Assembly: GCA_951406725.2 (NCBI GenBank)
Contig: OX597816.1
Location: 131,874,001 to 131,938,000, forward strand
DNA: 64,000 nt
From: Octopus vulgaris
Lineage: Eukaryota
Reading direction: 5' to 3'
Shown: piece after piece, positions 1 to 13,290 of the stretch
Layout of the letters: every line of letters starts with the position of its first letter
Position numbering within the stretch: position 1 is the stretch's first letter
Made by a program: the position numbers and the translations under genes
Notes under the pieces: generated by a model
Database searches by the model: none
Told to the model about the DNA's origin: nothing
Seen by the model: the letters and a program-made list of their open reading frames with translations, nothing else

Positions 1-69
1 ACAAATTAAATAATGGCTTACTTGCACAAAAGACACACTTCTGTTTGTTATTTTTCCTCTTTTTTCTTC

Positions 70-90
70 TCGTCTCTCTCTCTCTCTTTC

Positions 91-164
<74 letters not shown>

Positions 165-170
165 ATATAT

Positions 171-210
<40 letters not shown>

Positions 211-230
211 CATATCATCATCATCATCAT
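70..230. repeat. Compound microsatellite (CT)n-(GT)n-(CA)n-(TA)n-(CAT)n, representative of dozens in the window
   Basis: Directly visible simple repeats. They explain the [12 protein letters not shown] ORFs. Confidence 0.98.
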
Positions 231-382
231 CGTTTTACGTCCACTTTCCATGTTGGCATGGGTTGGATGGTTTGGCTGAGGACTGGTGAGCCAGAGGCTG
301 CACCAGGCTCAGTCTGATCTGGGAAAGTTTCAACAGTTGAATGCCCTTCCTAACGCCAACCACTCTGAGAGTGTAGTGGGTA
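209..382 (-). mobile_element. RTE LINE 3' end with (GAT)n tail, 5'-truncated
   Basis: Aligns by eye to 44192-44350 (catcatcatcgtt..acgtcc.ctttcc...tgcccttcctaacgccaaccactc). Confidence 0.85.
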
Positions 383-869
383 GGGTTGGCCAAAAGTCAT
401 CTGACAGTAAATCAAAACAATTTAATTCCAAGATTAAAACAAAAATTTATTTTATAAGAGACTTCGCCAATAAATAGACAAATGTTGAAAGAAAAAGATG
501 ATTTTAACTCAGCATTCAATTATTAAACATTCAAAATTGGAATGAATAAATAAAATTGAATAGTAAGTATTTATGGAGTTTTGATTTGCTCTTGGCTGAC
601 TTTAGGCGAACTCTGTGTGTATATGTGTGTGTATGTATATATATATTTATATACACACACAGAGTTTTATGTATGTATATATATTTATATAGTCTGGTGT
701 ATATTTACTAGATGTCTTATGTGCGATTTCTGTAAGTTGAGTCAGTTTTGTTTGTTTTGTTTTGTTTTTTGTACTGTAAGAATCATTTTTTGATGGTAAA
801 TACTGTTTAAGAAATGGGTTTTGTATGTGAATATGTATGTGTGTGTGTGTGTGTGTGGTCTATGTTTGT

Positions 870-1782
870 GCAAATATAAGCAAAGGCTCCTTCTCAGTCT
901 GCTAGTGTTTATGTATTTGTTTGTATGCTTGTATGTTTGTATGTATGTATGTATGTATATGCATATATGTATGTAAGTGGAGCTTCTTCAGTATATGTTT
1001 GTGTGTGTGTGCATGCATGTATTGGCAAGTATTTAAGTGTGTCAGTGAATGAATTTAAGAAGGGCTTCCTTCTGTGTGCACGTGTGTGTAAGAATGAATA
1101 TAAGCAAAGCACCCTTCAATGTATGTTTGGGCTCATGTGTGTATATGTAAGTAAATAAAGCCCCTTTTAAGCTGTGTTTGAATGTGTTCGTGTATATATA
1201 TGAATGTAAGCACCAAACTCTTCTTTATTACAATATATGTCTCTGTGTGCATACATGTATATGTATGAATGTAGTAAGCAAAGCTCACTTCTATGTATAT
1301 GAGTGTGTATATGTGTATGTATGTGTATGCATCCATGAATGACTGTTAAGCAAGACATCTTTCTGTGTGTTATGTTTGAGTGTGTATCTATAAATGCGAA
1401 AAATGTGCCCTTCTCTGAACGCGTATGTGTGTGCAGGAGTGTGATATGAGATGTGTGATGTGTTATATGTGTATATATGAATGTAAGCGAGAGATCTGTG
1501 TATATTTGAACCTATGTATAAATGTGTGTGTGTATGAATGTAAGCAAGGGATTTTCTGTGTATATTCGAATGTATATATGCATGTGTGTGTGTGTGTGCG
1601 TGTGTGTGTGTGTGTGTGTGTATGAATATAAACAAGGGATTTTCTGTGTATATTTGAATGTACACATTTGAGTGTATGTGTGAGCATGTGTCAGTTTGTG
1701 TGTGCGCACACATGAATGTAATAAGGTGTTTTCTATGTATACTTGAGTGAATGTACAAATCTGTGTATGCATATATATATAC

Positions 1783-1831
<49 letters not shown>

Positions 1832-1860
1832 CATATATATGTATGTAAGCAAGACACACA
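870..1860. repeat. Degenerate minisatellite: ~35-bp motif separated by variable TG/TA tracts
   Basis: Motif tgaatgtaagcaagggattttctgtgtatatttgaa and variants recur near 1050, 1095, 1200, 1265, 1478, 1535, 1622 and 1713. Confidence 0.7.
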
Positions 1861-1918
1861 CACACCCACATTTCCGTATGAACGTGTATATATATATATA
1901 TATATGCATTTAACTTTA

Positions 1919-1960
<42 letters not shown>

Positions 1961-2444
1961 TATATATATATATATATGTCTGTACGTATGCATGTATGTA
2001 CGCACGCGCATATACACACACACATATTGGTTTGTGTGTGAGTGTGTGAGTGTGCGCGTATGTGTGTGTGTGTGTTTAATGTTTGTGTGCCTGCACTTGA
2101 AAGACTCCCTGTAATGGTATCATAATACCTCACTGAAGCACATATGGGTTTCCTTTACTTCAGACTTACTCCTACAGCTTGTGGCCTACTGCCCTACTGT
2201 TGACCTCTCTGCCTCACTGAAAAGTGAGAGTTGGATGTTTTATTTATTTATATGTTTTGCTTATTTCTGGTTTTTCTTTTTGTATTTATTGATTTATATC
2301 TTTCCTTTCTTTTTTTTCCTAGTTTTTTTTTATTCTTATTTTTACTCTTTGTGTAAGAAGAGAAAAAAGAATGCCTTGTGAGGAGCAGACATCACTATCC
2401 TCACCACAACAATAATCAGCATACACACGTGCACACACACACAT

Positions 2445-2490
<46 letters not shown>

Positions 2491-2497
2491 ATTATAC

Positions 2498-2542
<45 letters not shown>

Positions 2543-2549
2543 ATTATAC

Positions 2550-2584
<35 letters not shown>

Positions 2585-2599
2585 ACACACACACTCTAC

Positions 2600-2665
2600 A
2601 AGACCATCACCACCATCACTACTTATTCATTGCCACCTTAATGACTACTGCTGCTGCTGCTGCTG

Positions 2666-2696
<31 letters not shown>

Positions 2697-3050
2697 AACT
2701 ACTACTTCTTCAATGACCAATCATTGCCATCACTCTTACCATCACCATTAACACTGTCATCACCAACATGTAATCATGATCTTCACCACCACCACCACCA
2801 CCACCACCAGCAGCATCCTTACCAAATATTAATTGCTACCATCAACCTCCCCCACCAAAACTCTACCCCTCCATCTACCATTACTGTCATCTCCATGATA
2901 CCCCATTACCACCATCATCTTCATCCTCCTCCTCCTCATCATCATCATCATCATTGACATAACCCTCCACACCACCACCAATACCGCTACTGCTGTTACC
3001 TCTTATGCCACTTCTATAAACCATTTGTCACAATCACCAACACCACTTTA
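2600..3050. repeat. Trinucleotide-rich low-complexity tract (CTG)n/(CTA)n/(CAC)n/(CAT)n
   Basis: Directly visible; the source of the poly-A/T/H ORFs. Confidence 0.9.
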
Positions 3051-3521
3051 ACCATTGATGTGGTTGTATGACCTAGTAGAAATAGAAACTAAATCTGGTT
3101 TAAAATGTCTCAAATGCCTTTGTAAAAAAGGAAGGTGGCAGGGGTAAGGGATAAGGAGGCACCTTATTTAATGTTGATACAATAAACTCCTGAAATGATA
3201 GGATGGTAATAGTTGAAATGCCATTGATCATAAGTCTACTCAATGAAGCATGGCCTGACTGAAGTTTAAACAACAACACATACAACATTGCCACCACCTC
3301 TCCTCTATACTATCCCTCCTCCTCTTCATCATCAACGTCGTCGTCGTCGTCATCATGATCATCATGATCATCATTATCATCATCAGTAACAGTAGCCACA
3401 CAGGAAAGAAAGGCTTCTCAGAGGAGCTGGAATGTTATAAAAGTTTGATTAGTAAGATGAAACATGAAAGGATAATTCTCTTTGTTGCCCTCCTACACAC
3501 ACACACACACACACACGCACG

Positions 3522-3604
<83 letters not shown>

Positions 3605-4669
3605 CACACACACACGCACACACACAACATACACACGTGCACACACTTCATCTTGTCTGTTATTTCTATCTGGTCTCTTCCATATCCACAAACGTCACAA
3701 AAATCCTTACTTAACAATCCCTCTTTCTCCTAAATGCACACATACACACACACACACACGTATCCATACACAAGCACATGTAGACATACACATGCATAAT
3801 CATATACACATACATTGTACATGAGCATATACACATATTCATATACATACACGTCTATACATACATACATGTATATAATCACATCCACATACATTATACA
3901 CGTGCACATATGCAGATTTAAAGTGTTACATTTTTGTAACCAAAATATTTTCCTATGAATTTAAAACATGTATTTTATTTAAAGTTTCTTTTTCTCCTCT
4001 AATTTAAACTAATTTAATTAGTTTGAAATATAAACAAAATAAATATTTTCAACTCAACGATATTTGCAGAGTTTTCTTTATATTTTTTAGCAAATAACTT
4101 TCAAAGAAAAGAAAAAACAAAACAAAACAATAAAAAACAGGAAGCCAAAAATAAATGAAGACGTAAAAATAATACAAGCATTTAATTTATAATAATAAAA
4201 ATATATTCACTCATGGAAGTTATTTATGGAGGAAAAAACATTTAAAGACATCACGTAGAACCCCTCAGTTTTCATGGACATTTCAAAGTAGAAAAATGAC
4301 CTCTTAGGAATGCTTATGAAAAGGCCTACTTGTTGGAAGAGAGAAAAAAATTAAATGATAGTTTTTTGTTCATTTTCTTTTTTTTTTTCTTATTTTATTT
4401 TGTTCATGTTTACTTTAGCTAAACACTTTTCTTTCTTTTCTTTCTTTAATAATATTTACTTTACAATTAAGGCATTTTGGGTTTTATTCTTCAAAGGACA
4501 GTTTTTTTTTTGGTTTCTGTTTTGTTTTTGTTGTTTTTTTTTTACTTTGGTGATTCTAGAAGAGAGGAAATATAAAAAGTTATGGACAAGAAAACAAATT
4601 AAAACGTTAAAAAAAAAATCAAATTATATAGAGAACACATTTTTGGACAGACCGAACTATTCCTACTAA

Positions 4670-5020
4670 TATCATCATCATCATCATCATCAACATTTAA
4701 TGTCCATTTTCCATGCTGGCATGGGATGATGATTTGACAGGAAGTGGTAAGACCAGGGGCAATACCAGGTTCAACCATCTGTTTTGGCTTGGTTTTTATG
4801 GTTGCACGCCCATCCTAACACCAACCACTTTACAGAGTGTACTGGATGCTTTTTATATGGCACCATCACATGCTTTTTAAGTGGCACCAGTGCCAATTCT
4901 TTTTATGTAGCACCTTGCTTTCAGGATCTCAATTCTCTTGTGGTGGGTTTGTCTTCTCAAGTACAGCAGTGCACCACATATCTCAGTTCTCTGTCATCTC
5001 CTTCATAATGCTCAGCATTT
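4670..5020 (-). mobile_element. Decayed RTE LINE 3' fragment
   Basis: (CAT)n tail plus aacatttaatgtccattttccatgctggcatgg. The distal part matches the end of the RTE ORF (gtcttctcaagtacagc). Confidence 0.75.
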
Positions 5021-5031
5021 TATATACACAC

Positions 5032-5924
5032 ATTGAGTCATTCCATAGATAATGCAGTTTTTTCAGTTGCATAAACTAAAAGTAAGATAGTATAAACTAA
5101 AGCAGGTAGTAATCTTACCTTGTCCTTATTCTTAGTGCAAGTTTTGAAGAGTGCAGTTCGATTTTAACAGTTATTTTTACAAAGTTATAATGGAAGTGAC
5201 AAAGAGCATATTCAGCATATTTTGCTTTATGAGTTCAATAAAGGCAACAACGTAATGGAAAGTGCAAGGAATGTTGATGTAGTATATGGGGATCAGACAA
5301 TGAGCGTAAGCCAGAGTCATCAGTGGTTCCAGAAATTCTGAGCTGGAAACTACAGCCTAGAAGATGAGCCTCATCCTGGAAGATTTGTAGAGCTCAACAA
5401 GGACATCCTGCAAACCTTGGCGGAACAAAATCCCATCATTACTGTGAAGGAACTAGCAGAGAAGTTTGGATTTGGTCATTCAACCAGTCGTTCAAGTCAA
5501 TGCTAGAAAAAGTAACTAATTTTGGTTTCAAGATGAAAGGTATTCTTCCATCAGAATAATGCTTGGTCACAAACTGTGAGGATGCCATTCCAAAGGCTAG
5601 AGCAGTTTGAATGGGAAACAATGCCCCACCTACAATATTCATCAGATATTTCCCCAGCTGAGTATCATTTATTCAGCAGTCTTCAAAATCATTTGGACAA
5701 AATACATGAATTCTATAGATGAGGTCAGAACTGTACAGGAGGAGTATTTTTTTATCATGGACAAGTGAATTTTGGAAGAGGAGCCTTGCATATCTACCAG
5801 ATAGAGGGAAGAGCATTGTAGAAAATGAAGGAGAGTATATTTTAGATTAAAAAAGAACCTTATCTTAATTCTGAAAAATAAAAGAAGTATAAAGAAATCG
5901 CATTATTTATGAGATGATCCAATA
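5032..5924 (+). mobile_element. Internally deleted mariner element with both TIRs and a transposase pseudogene
   Basis: TIRs at ~5032-5062 (attgagtcattccatagataatgcag) and ~5893-5922 (reverse complement ttggatcatctcataaataatgcg), with TA at the right end. Translation from 5190 gives MEVT/KEHIQHILLYEFNKG...WFQKF*AGNYSLEDEPHPGR, then FFHQNNA and YSSDISPAEYHLF (the YSPDLAP-D motif). Confidence 0.9.
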
Positions 5925-5934
5925 CATAGACATA

Positions 5935-6100
5935 CAGGCGTGGATATGTGGTTAAGAAGCTTATTTTGCAACCACATGATTTCAATTTCAGGCCCGCTGT
6001 GAGGCACCTTGGCCAAGTGTCTTCCACTATAGTCTTGAAGATCATCCAATACCTTGTGAGTGAATTTGGTACATGGAAACTGTATGGAAGTCCTTCATAT
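5935..6100 (+). mobile_element. SINE family A, 5' half (tRNA-like head)
   Basis: Similar to 15707-15875 (ggc..gg..atgtggttaagaagctt...caccttggccaagtgtcttc). Confidence 0.75.
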
Positions 6101-6155
6101 ACATACATACATACATACATACATACATACATACATACATACATACATACATACA

Positions 6156-6271
6156 GTCAAACAAAAATACCCTGTTGTTGATGTTGAAATTCCAATGAAG
6201 GAACTGTGGATCTAGGTAAGAAACTGGTTCTTTCCTTATGGGCAAGAAATCTTGAAATAAATTGAATAATG
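6156..6271 (+). mobile_element. Short interspersed repeat embedded in (ACAT)n; probable 3' end of an R4/Dong-like LINE
   Basis: A second copy lies at 55526-55639. Both resemble 41540-41600, just downstream of the R4-like ORF. Confidence 0.55.
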
Positions 6272-6741
6272 ACATACGTACATACATACATACGAATATA
6301 CATACATACACTCCTACACACACACACACACATAATCACTTGTTGTGCTTATCTCTATGGTTGCATAACAGAACATGTTATTAACTTATAAAAACATTTA
6401 GTATACTTTGTAGGATATTTTGGTCGCATAACAAAATACTGTGTGGCACCTTGGACAAGTACCTTCTACTATAGCCCCCAAGATTGCCCAATACCTTGTG
6501 AGTGAATTTTGTACAAGAAAACATTGTGTCATTAAGATATATATATTAGTGAAAATTAAAATTATATTCCGGTATAAACCTTGTAGGATTCTGTATAAAG
6601 TTCATCCACAGTTATCGGTTACCTGATGTCAACATCAGTTGCTATGCATATGCAACTGGATTTACTTCAGGAATTCTTTGGTGTCCATGTCCATGAAGTT
6701 TATATAAATAGATCAGAGACAGAAAATGGAATTCACAAGAT

Positions 6742-7128
6742 TCTTTATTCAAATCCACAACATACGTTTCAACTGCTCCTGCATTAGTACCTCACAGATG
6801 AGATGCTGTACAATCGTCTTGCATCACAAGTACAAATTGCATCTCCTGTGGTGACTTTTTAAACAAGTACTGCATTCTTTCTTCACTCCATTTCACTTAG
6901 TTCTATAAAGATATATGCTTAGACAGCTGTTACGTTCTAGAAATTTTCATAAAATGAAGTACCTAAAATAGCTAAGTGAAATGGAGAGGTACTTGTTGAA
7001 GAAAGAGCAAGATACACTTGAGGAAATTCAGTGTGCACCTGTGATGCAAGATGATTGTTCAGCAACTCACCTGAGAGGTACCGATGCAGGATGAGTCAAA
7101 ATAATTGTAGTGGGTTTGAATAAAGAGT
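6742..7128. repeat. Imperfect inverted repeat (~160-bp arms, ~70-bp spacer)
   Basis: 6742-6900 (tctttattcaaatccac...gtcttgcatcaca...ctccatttcacttag) is the reverse complement of ~6971-7128. Confidence 0.85.
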
Positions 7129-7704
7129 AGAATAAGTATACCAATAGAATAAGTATTAGGCTTACAAAGTATAAGTCCTGAGGTCAATTTGTTTGACTAA
7201 AACCCCTTAAGGTGGTGCTCCAGCATAGCTGCAGTCAAATGACTGAAACAGGTGAAAGAGTATACAACTCTCATCTCTGATCCTCTCAGTCTCTCTCACT
7301 CTCTTGTCTGTCTGTCTGTCTGTCTGCCTGTCTATGCTTATTGGCTTTTCTCTGCCTTGTTCTTACTCCCCCCCCCCCCCCACTCTCTTTCTTTACAACT
7401 ACTTGTTCAAATACAGGCATGAAATATTCAAAAGGCTACGAACATTTATGTGAGCATGCAAACACAAACGCACATGAGTGTACATGCACGCACACACACA
7501 TACACATACTCACTCAAGCATTGACACTGTCTAGGTATCTGTAATATGTAATAGCATACAAATTAAATTTCTGCTTGAAGAAGTTATAACAAAGTAGCGT
7601 TGGTTGACTGAGGTGGTTGTTTTTTTTTTACATGATATTTCTACATATACTTACAAACATGGTTCATAGTCAAACATTCTCCCATCCCTCAAATCTTATC
7701 TATA

Positions 7705-8222
<518 letters not shown>

Positions 8223-8794
8223 TGTTCATAAAAGGAAGAAGGACTCACTGGATAACATAATTATAGATATACTGTCTGAATAAAGACAGGACAATCATGG
8301 CAGGAATGTCTTTGGTCATAGTTCTAATGATCTTAGGAAAACCAAGTGGATCCTTCTTCTTCATCAAGAAAATAATTTGCATCTATATAATTCTTCTTTC
8401 TTCATTTTCACCATAGTGTTGGACAAAATTCAGATGTCTAAATCCATCTTAATTTTAAATAAGGCAATTTATCTGCCTCTTTTTTCAATTCACACAGCCC
8501 TTCCTCTTTAAGGAACATTGGGTTAAATGCCAAGATCATCAATTTAACACCATTTTTCATGGTAAACAAACTGGAGTTCAGCTAGTTTTCATTACAGATA
8601 TTTCTATCTACCTTGTTCCTTTGGCTTTTGCCTCTGTAAAGTTCCAGTATCCTCAGACTGAGTAAATTACTTTGAAAATTACCTATAGGACCTTGACTAC
8701 AAGTTCTTTTATCATCAATTCACAATACATTTTCATGGAATAGGTATAAAGTCATTCTGACAGAGTAAGATTCTGATATTAATTATACTCTCTT

Positions 8795-8955
8795 GGAGAG
8801 CTGGCAGAATCATTAGAGCACTGGACTTGTGATATTTCTTCTAGCTCTTTACATTCTGGGTTCAAATATAGCTGAGGTCAAATTTGGCTTTTATCAGTCT
8901 TGCGTCAATAATGAAATATTTGTCAAATACTAGGATCAATGGCATTGATTTACCC
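8795..8955 (+). mobile_element. Decayed SINE family B
   Basis: gagctggcagaatcattagagca...gggttcaaat...gaggtcaaatttggcttttatc matches 16872-17040. Confidence 0.7.
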
Positions 8956-9749
8956 TGTAATATAACCAGGTTCTAAAGTTAAGGAGAGCAGACACATAAA
9001 AGGAAAGGCACTGTGACACATACCAAACAATTTTTAACTGATTTCTCTTATGTGAAATATTTCATTAGTTATAATATATGTAATTGTATTCTACAATCAT
9101 AAATTTCATGTTTTAGTAACAATGTCATTATGTATGAAACTTAAAACTACTGATATAGGTGTGATGTAGAGAAAATGAAACACCATGGGAACATCCAGTG
9201 TTGAGAGGTTATGATATGAGGGTTTGTTTTAGTTCTTCAGATGTCAGAGGCCACCAACACATCACAAGAGATTGGGCAGACAGTTCAAAAAAATTGGTTA
9301 GCTGGTTAAATAAAGTAATGATTTCAGAAAGTTCTTCCAAGGCCTTGTGATTAACAAAAATAAAAGAGATTCGACTTTTACTGTACAAGTGAACTAAAGA
9401 GTTAAAAAAATTGTTGAAAAGGCACCAATTTTGAAAAATGCGCTCAGTTGGGGGGGGGGGGGCATGGTCACTCCCTATACATCCCTATTAGTTATGCAAC
9501 TGGATTTAATCGCTTTCCTAAAAATTGTTGGACTTGTGTTTAGATGAGAAACTATTAATTTATACAGAAGAATAGATCTGTCATTCATTGAGACCAGTCA
9601 ATGGTTCGATGGATAAGATATCTGATCATTATGTAACTGTTCATGCAACCCATACCAGCATGGAAAGTAGATGTAAATTGATGATTACTACACATATATA
9701 TGTGAAGATGCACTTACACACATACACACTTACATATACACACACATCC

Positions 9750-9782
<33 letters not shown>

Positions 9783-10504
9783 GCCATACATTCACACACA
9801 CACATACACACATGCATACCTGCATGCACACACACACACACACACACACTGACACACTCACACACACAATCATTAGTTTAGTATTCACTCTTATACATTT
9901 CCATAGTTAAGACAGAATTTATTGAGGCTAAGTGCACAATACTCTACAGCTGTGTGTGTGTGTTTGTGTATGCACACACATGCATGTGCATGAGAGTCAG
10001 AGAGCGAGAGAGAGAGAGAGAGAGTTGGGAGGGGAGGTGGGGAGGAATAATAAATATTTGATCCCATAAACAAGATGACTAGTTTCTAGTCATTAGAGAG
10101 AGAGGATTAAGTATTTGGAACCAGGTGTAAAATCTCAGTAGTTGTCCAAATTCAAAGAATAAATAAATAATGAGAAAAAGTAATTTACTTACTAATAAAT
10201 ACCTAAATTCATCAATGTATGAAAAGTGCTGTCACTCTTCATGATTGATAAGTCTTATTACATGTGATACTGTAATGGCTCACTAGAGACTGGACTGTGT
10301 GACTAATAAACTGGTCTTGTTGGTCTACACCAGTGTTTCTCAACTGGAGTCCATGTGTCCCTTGGGGATCCTTATGAAATTTTGTTGTTAAAATTTATGT
10401 GCAATAAATTGTTTACAACACATGAAATATTTCAACAATTTTTTTAATGCACGGGAGTGGCTGTGTGATAAGAAGTCAAGGCAAAGTTGTTTATGGAAGA
10501 CCAG

Positions 10505-10719
10505 CAGGTATTGAAAAAGTTCTTAACTTTAAGGGTATTGCAAAAGGACTGGTTGGAGACCCAGCCTTCCGAGTTCTTTTACAGGGCTTAGAAAAAATAA
10601 AGGCCACAGCAATAAGTGTGTGAATCTGAGAGGGGACCATGTTGAATAAAATCATAATTTACTGATCCTCTTGTATTTTCTTTTACCCAAATCCAGGAAC
10701 TTTTCAGCACCCAATCATA
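10505..10719 (+). mobile_element. Mariner 3' end (second mariner family)
   Basis: Encodes DWLETQPSEFF and, in another frame, NKCVNLRGDHVE* (Himar1-like C-terminus). The right TIR ggaacttttcagcacccaatca is followed by TA. Confidence 0.75.
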
Positions 10720-11565
10720 TTTATGTTGTGGCTTGCTGTCAATAAATGCATTGATTTTCCTAGGGTTCTACAATGCTTACCAGATCTTAAGATTAAGTAC
10801 TGAGATCAATTTCATCAATTAAAGCCTTTCGAAGCTGTGCTTCAGCATAGCCACATCCAAATAACTGAAACAATAAACTGATCAAAGAATGATAGAGTAA
10901 AAAAGAAATGCTATATTAGCTCCTTGAAGATGCATATTAATTTCATGACATTTCTTAAAACTTTCAGTTACATAAAATGTGTTTTTTTTTTGTATGTGTT
11001 GGCAGAGATCAATTCGCTATCACTTTCAAGAAACAACATGCCATTCTCATACAATTTAACAAAGCAATTCAAGCATGCATCTTTTAAGAGCCCATAAATT
11101 TCTGTAACACTAACTTCAATAAATTGCTCATTATTATCCTAGCATAGCTGTTGAATCATTTTATCATTTCTGTAATTTGATTACAGCCTTAATTACTGTG
11201 ATAAATGATGAATGATGGCTTACACTCAACTGTTTTCCAACAAGATGTTACCCACGTACCACACAAAATGATTTGCACATTTTTTTCTTTAAGTTAACAA
11301 GAAAACTGCAATATCATTGATGGTGCCCCTCCATTAATAGTAAGTCCAATAATATTGTTTAAGGCTATATTATTATTAACAAAAAATCATTCCACAGAGG
11401 TAAATATAATGTCATTCATACATGTAACAAGATTTAAAATAAATAACATTGCTTGGTGCAATGTACGGTTCCCATTAAAATATCATACATGTGTATATAT
11501 ATATATGTGTAAATATCATTATTTCTAATTGTCTCTAAAGGAGACTATGGCAGCAATACTGGTTA

Positions 11566-11830
11566 TTAATAGTTATTGCCAAGTTAACATGGCAGTCCAG
11601 AAAAATAGGACGAATGCTGCCATTGATTAGCTCCAGGGGGTCATCGAAACTAGTCTGTGGATACCAGACCAGCAAGGGGAAGCTGCTGACCTTCCCCATT
11701 CGAAGGTTATAATGGACACAGGTTTGTGTGTCATATAGCTAGCTAGAGGTGATGGCCTCTTGGAGCTAATCAACAGCAGCATTCGTCCTATTTTTCTGGA
11801 CTGCCATGTTAGCTTAGCGATAACTATTAA
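11566..11830. mobile_element. MITE-like element with ~80-bp terminal inverted repeats
   Basis: ttaatagttattgccaagttaacatggcagtccagaaaaataggacgaatgctg versus cagcattcgtcctatttttctggactgccatgttagcttagcgataactattaa; TTAA at both ends. Confidence 0.85.
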
Positions 11831-11832
11831 TG

Positions 11833-11870
<38 letters not shown>

Positions 11871-12353
11871 CACACATATACATACATTTACATGTATATA
11901 ATATATCCATTCCAATATTCACATATCCACTTTAATTATTTAACATACCTTATTTACACTCAATTGATCAAACAATCCCCAAAAGTTGATGTTTATAGTG
12001 CACATAATTAAAACACCCATACTTTACAACCACTAAGCTCCACACACAAGAGGAACCAACACATATAAAAACCTTAGAAAATCTAAAACATTTAACACTC
12101 TGATGAAATCATTAAGATGGACAAAAGTTTGAAGTCACTATTATTAATTCTTACTTTGTGATGATAAGTCCAATATTCCACATCCTTCAAAATATTTTAG
12201 ATTGCTTTTGCATATAACTATATGTAAAAAATAAGCATAAATATATATGTGTGTGTGTGTGTGTGTTATCCGAAATGTACAGTGTTATATATCCATAATG
12301 GCTGATCTCTGACTCACCTCAAATATTATAATATACATTTTTTCCAATGGATT

Positions 12354-12637
12354 TGGAATTATTCAACAAAGACTATCCCCATACCACTGGACGAACTCTA
12401 TACAAGACTGTTGCTGAAGAAAATATTCAGCTTGATCAGGAGGATGAGATGGAAGGCCTTTTACTTTGACCAGCCCAAACCAACAACAGAAACTGAACAT
12501 TTTGGGCTTAAATCAATAAAGCTTCCACCCAAGATCAAGGAACTGGAGGCCTTTGAGAATGACATGTTGGACATAATATCCCACCTGAAATTCTGTAAGT
12601 TCTCAAATGCTTTCCAACATAAACTTAGAACAGATAT
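12354..12637 (+). pseudogene. Penelope-like element (Naiad-type) ORF N-terminal fragment
   Basis: Open frame WNYSTKTIPIP...LIRRMRWKAFYF...FGLKSIKLPPKIKELEAFENDMLDIISHLKF...FQHKLRTDI, which I recognise as the region upstream of the RT in these elements. It is truncated at (TA)n. Confidence 0.75.
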
Positions 12638-12664
12638 ATATATATATATATATATATATTTACA

Positions 12665-12968
12665 GCATGTGAAAAACATTCGAGCGAGGTTGTTGCCAGT
12701 GCTGCTAGACTGGCTCCTGTGCAGGTGGCACATAAAAAAAACACCACTAGAGCATGGCCATTGCCACTACTGCCTGACTGGCCCTCATGCTGGTGGCACG
12801 TAAAAGCACCCACTACACTCTCGGAGTGGTTGGCGTTAGGAAGGGCATCAAGCTGTAGAAACTCTGCCAGATCAGATTGGAGCCTGGTGCAGCCATCTGG
12901 TTCACCAGTCATAAGTCAAATCGTCCAAACCATGCTAGCATGGAAAGCAGATGTTAAACGATAATGAT
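12665..12968 (+). mobile_element. RTE LINE 3' UTR fragment
   Basis: ggtggcacgtaaaagcaccc...gtggttggcgttaggaagggcatc...gttaaacgataatgatg is the reverse complement of 44192-44370. Confidence 0.85.
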
Positions 12969-13029
12969 GGCACATACATATATACACAAGTATCGTGATG
13001 CAAACAGGAAAAATAGAACTCAAAATATG

Positions 13030-13253
13030 TCTTTTACTCTTTTACTCTTTTACTTGTTTCAGTCATTTGACTATGGACATGCTGGAGCACGCCTTCAATC
13101 AAGCAACTCGGCCCCGGGACTTATTCTTTTGTAAGCCCAGTAATTATTCTAACGGTCTCTTTTGCCGAACCGCTAAGTAACGAGGACATAAACACACCAG
13201 CATCAGTTGTCAAGCAATGCTAGGGGGACAAACACAGACACACAAGCACATAC

Positions 13254-13290
<37 letters not shown>

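Noticed and set aside
870-1860. CRISPR-like repeat-spacer appearance
   Set aside because: The repeats are degenerate, the spacers are simple-sequence and of irregular length, there are no cas genes, and the context is eukaryotic.
45-2751. Long ORFs rich in CV, YI, TH and poly-H/T here and throughout the track (e.g. 1291-2133, 16258-16827, 58645-59226)
   Set aside because: They are translations of (TG)n, (TA)n, (ACAT)n and (TCTA)n microsatellites, which lack stops in some frames. There is no domain content.
12095-12140. CTGATGA upstream of the Penelope fragment as a hammerhead
   Set aside because: There is no GAAA or stem III in the right position; at most a heavily decayed remnant.
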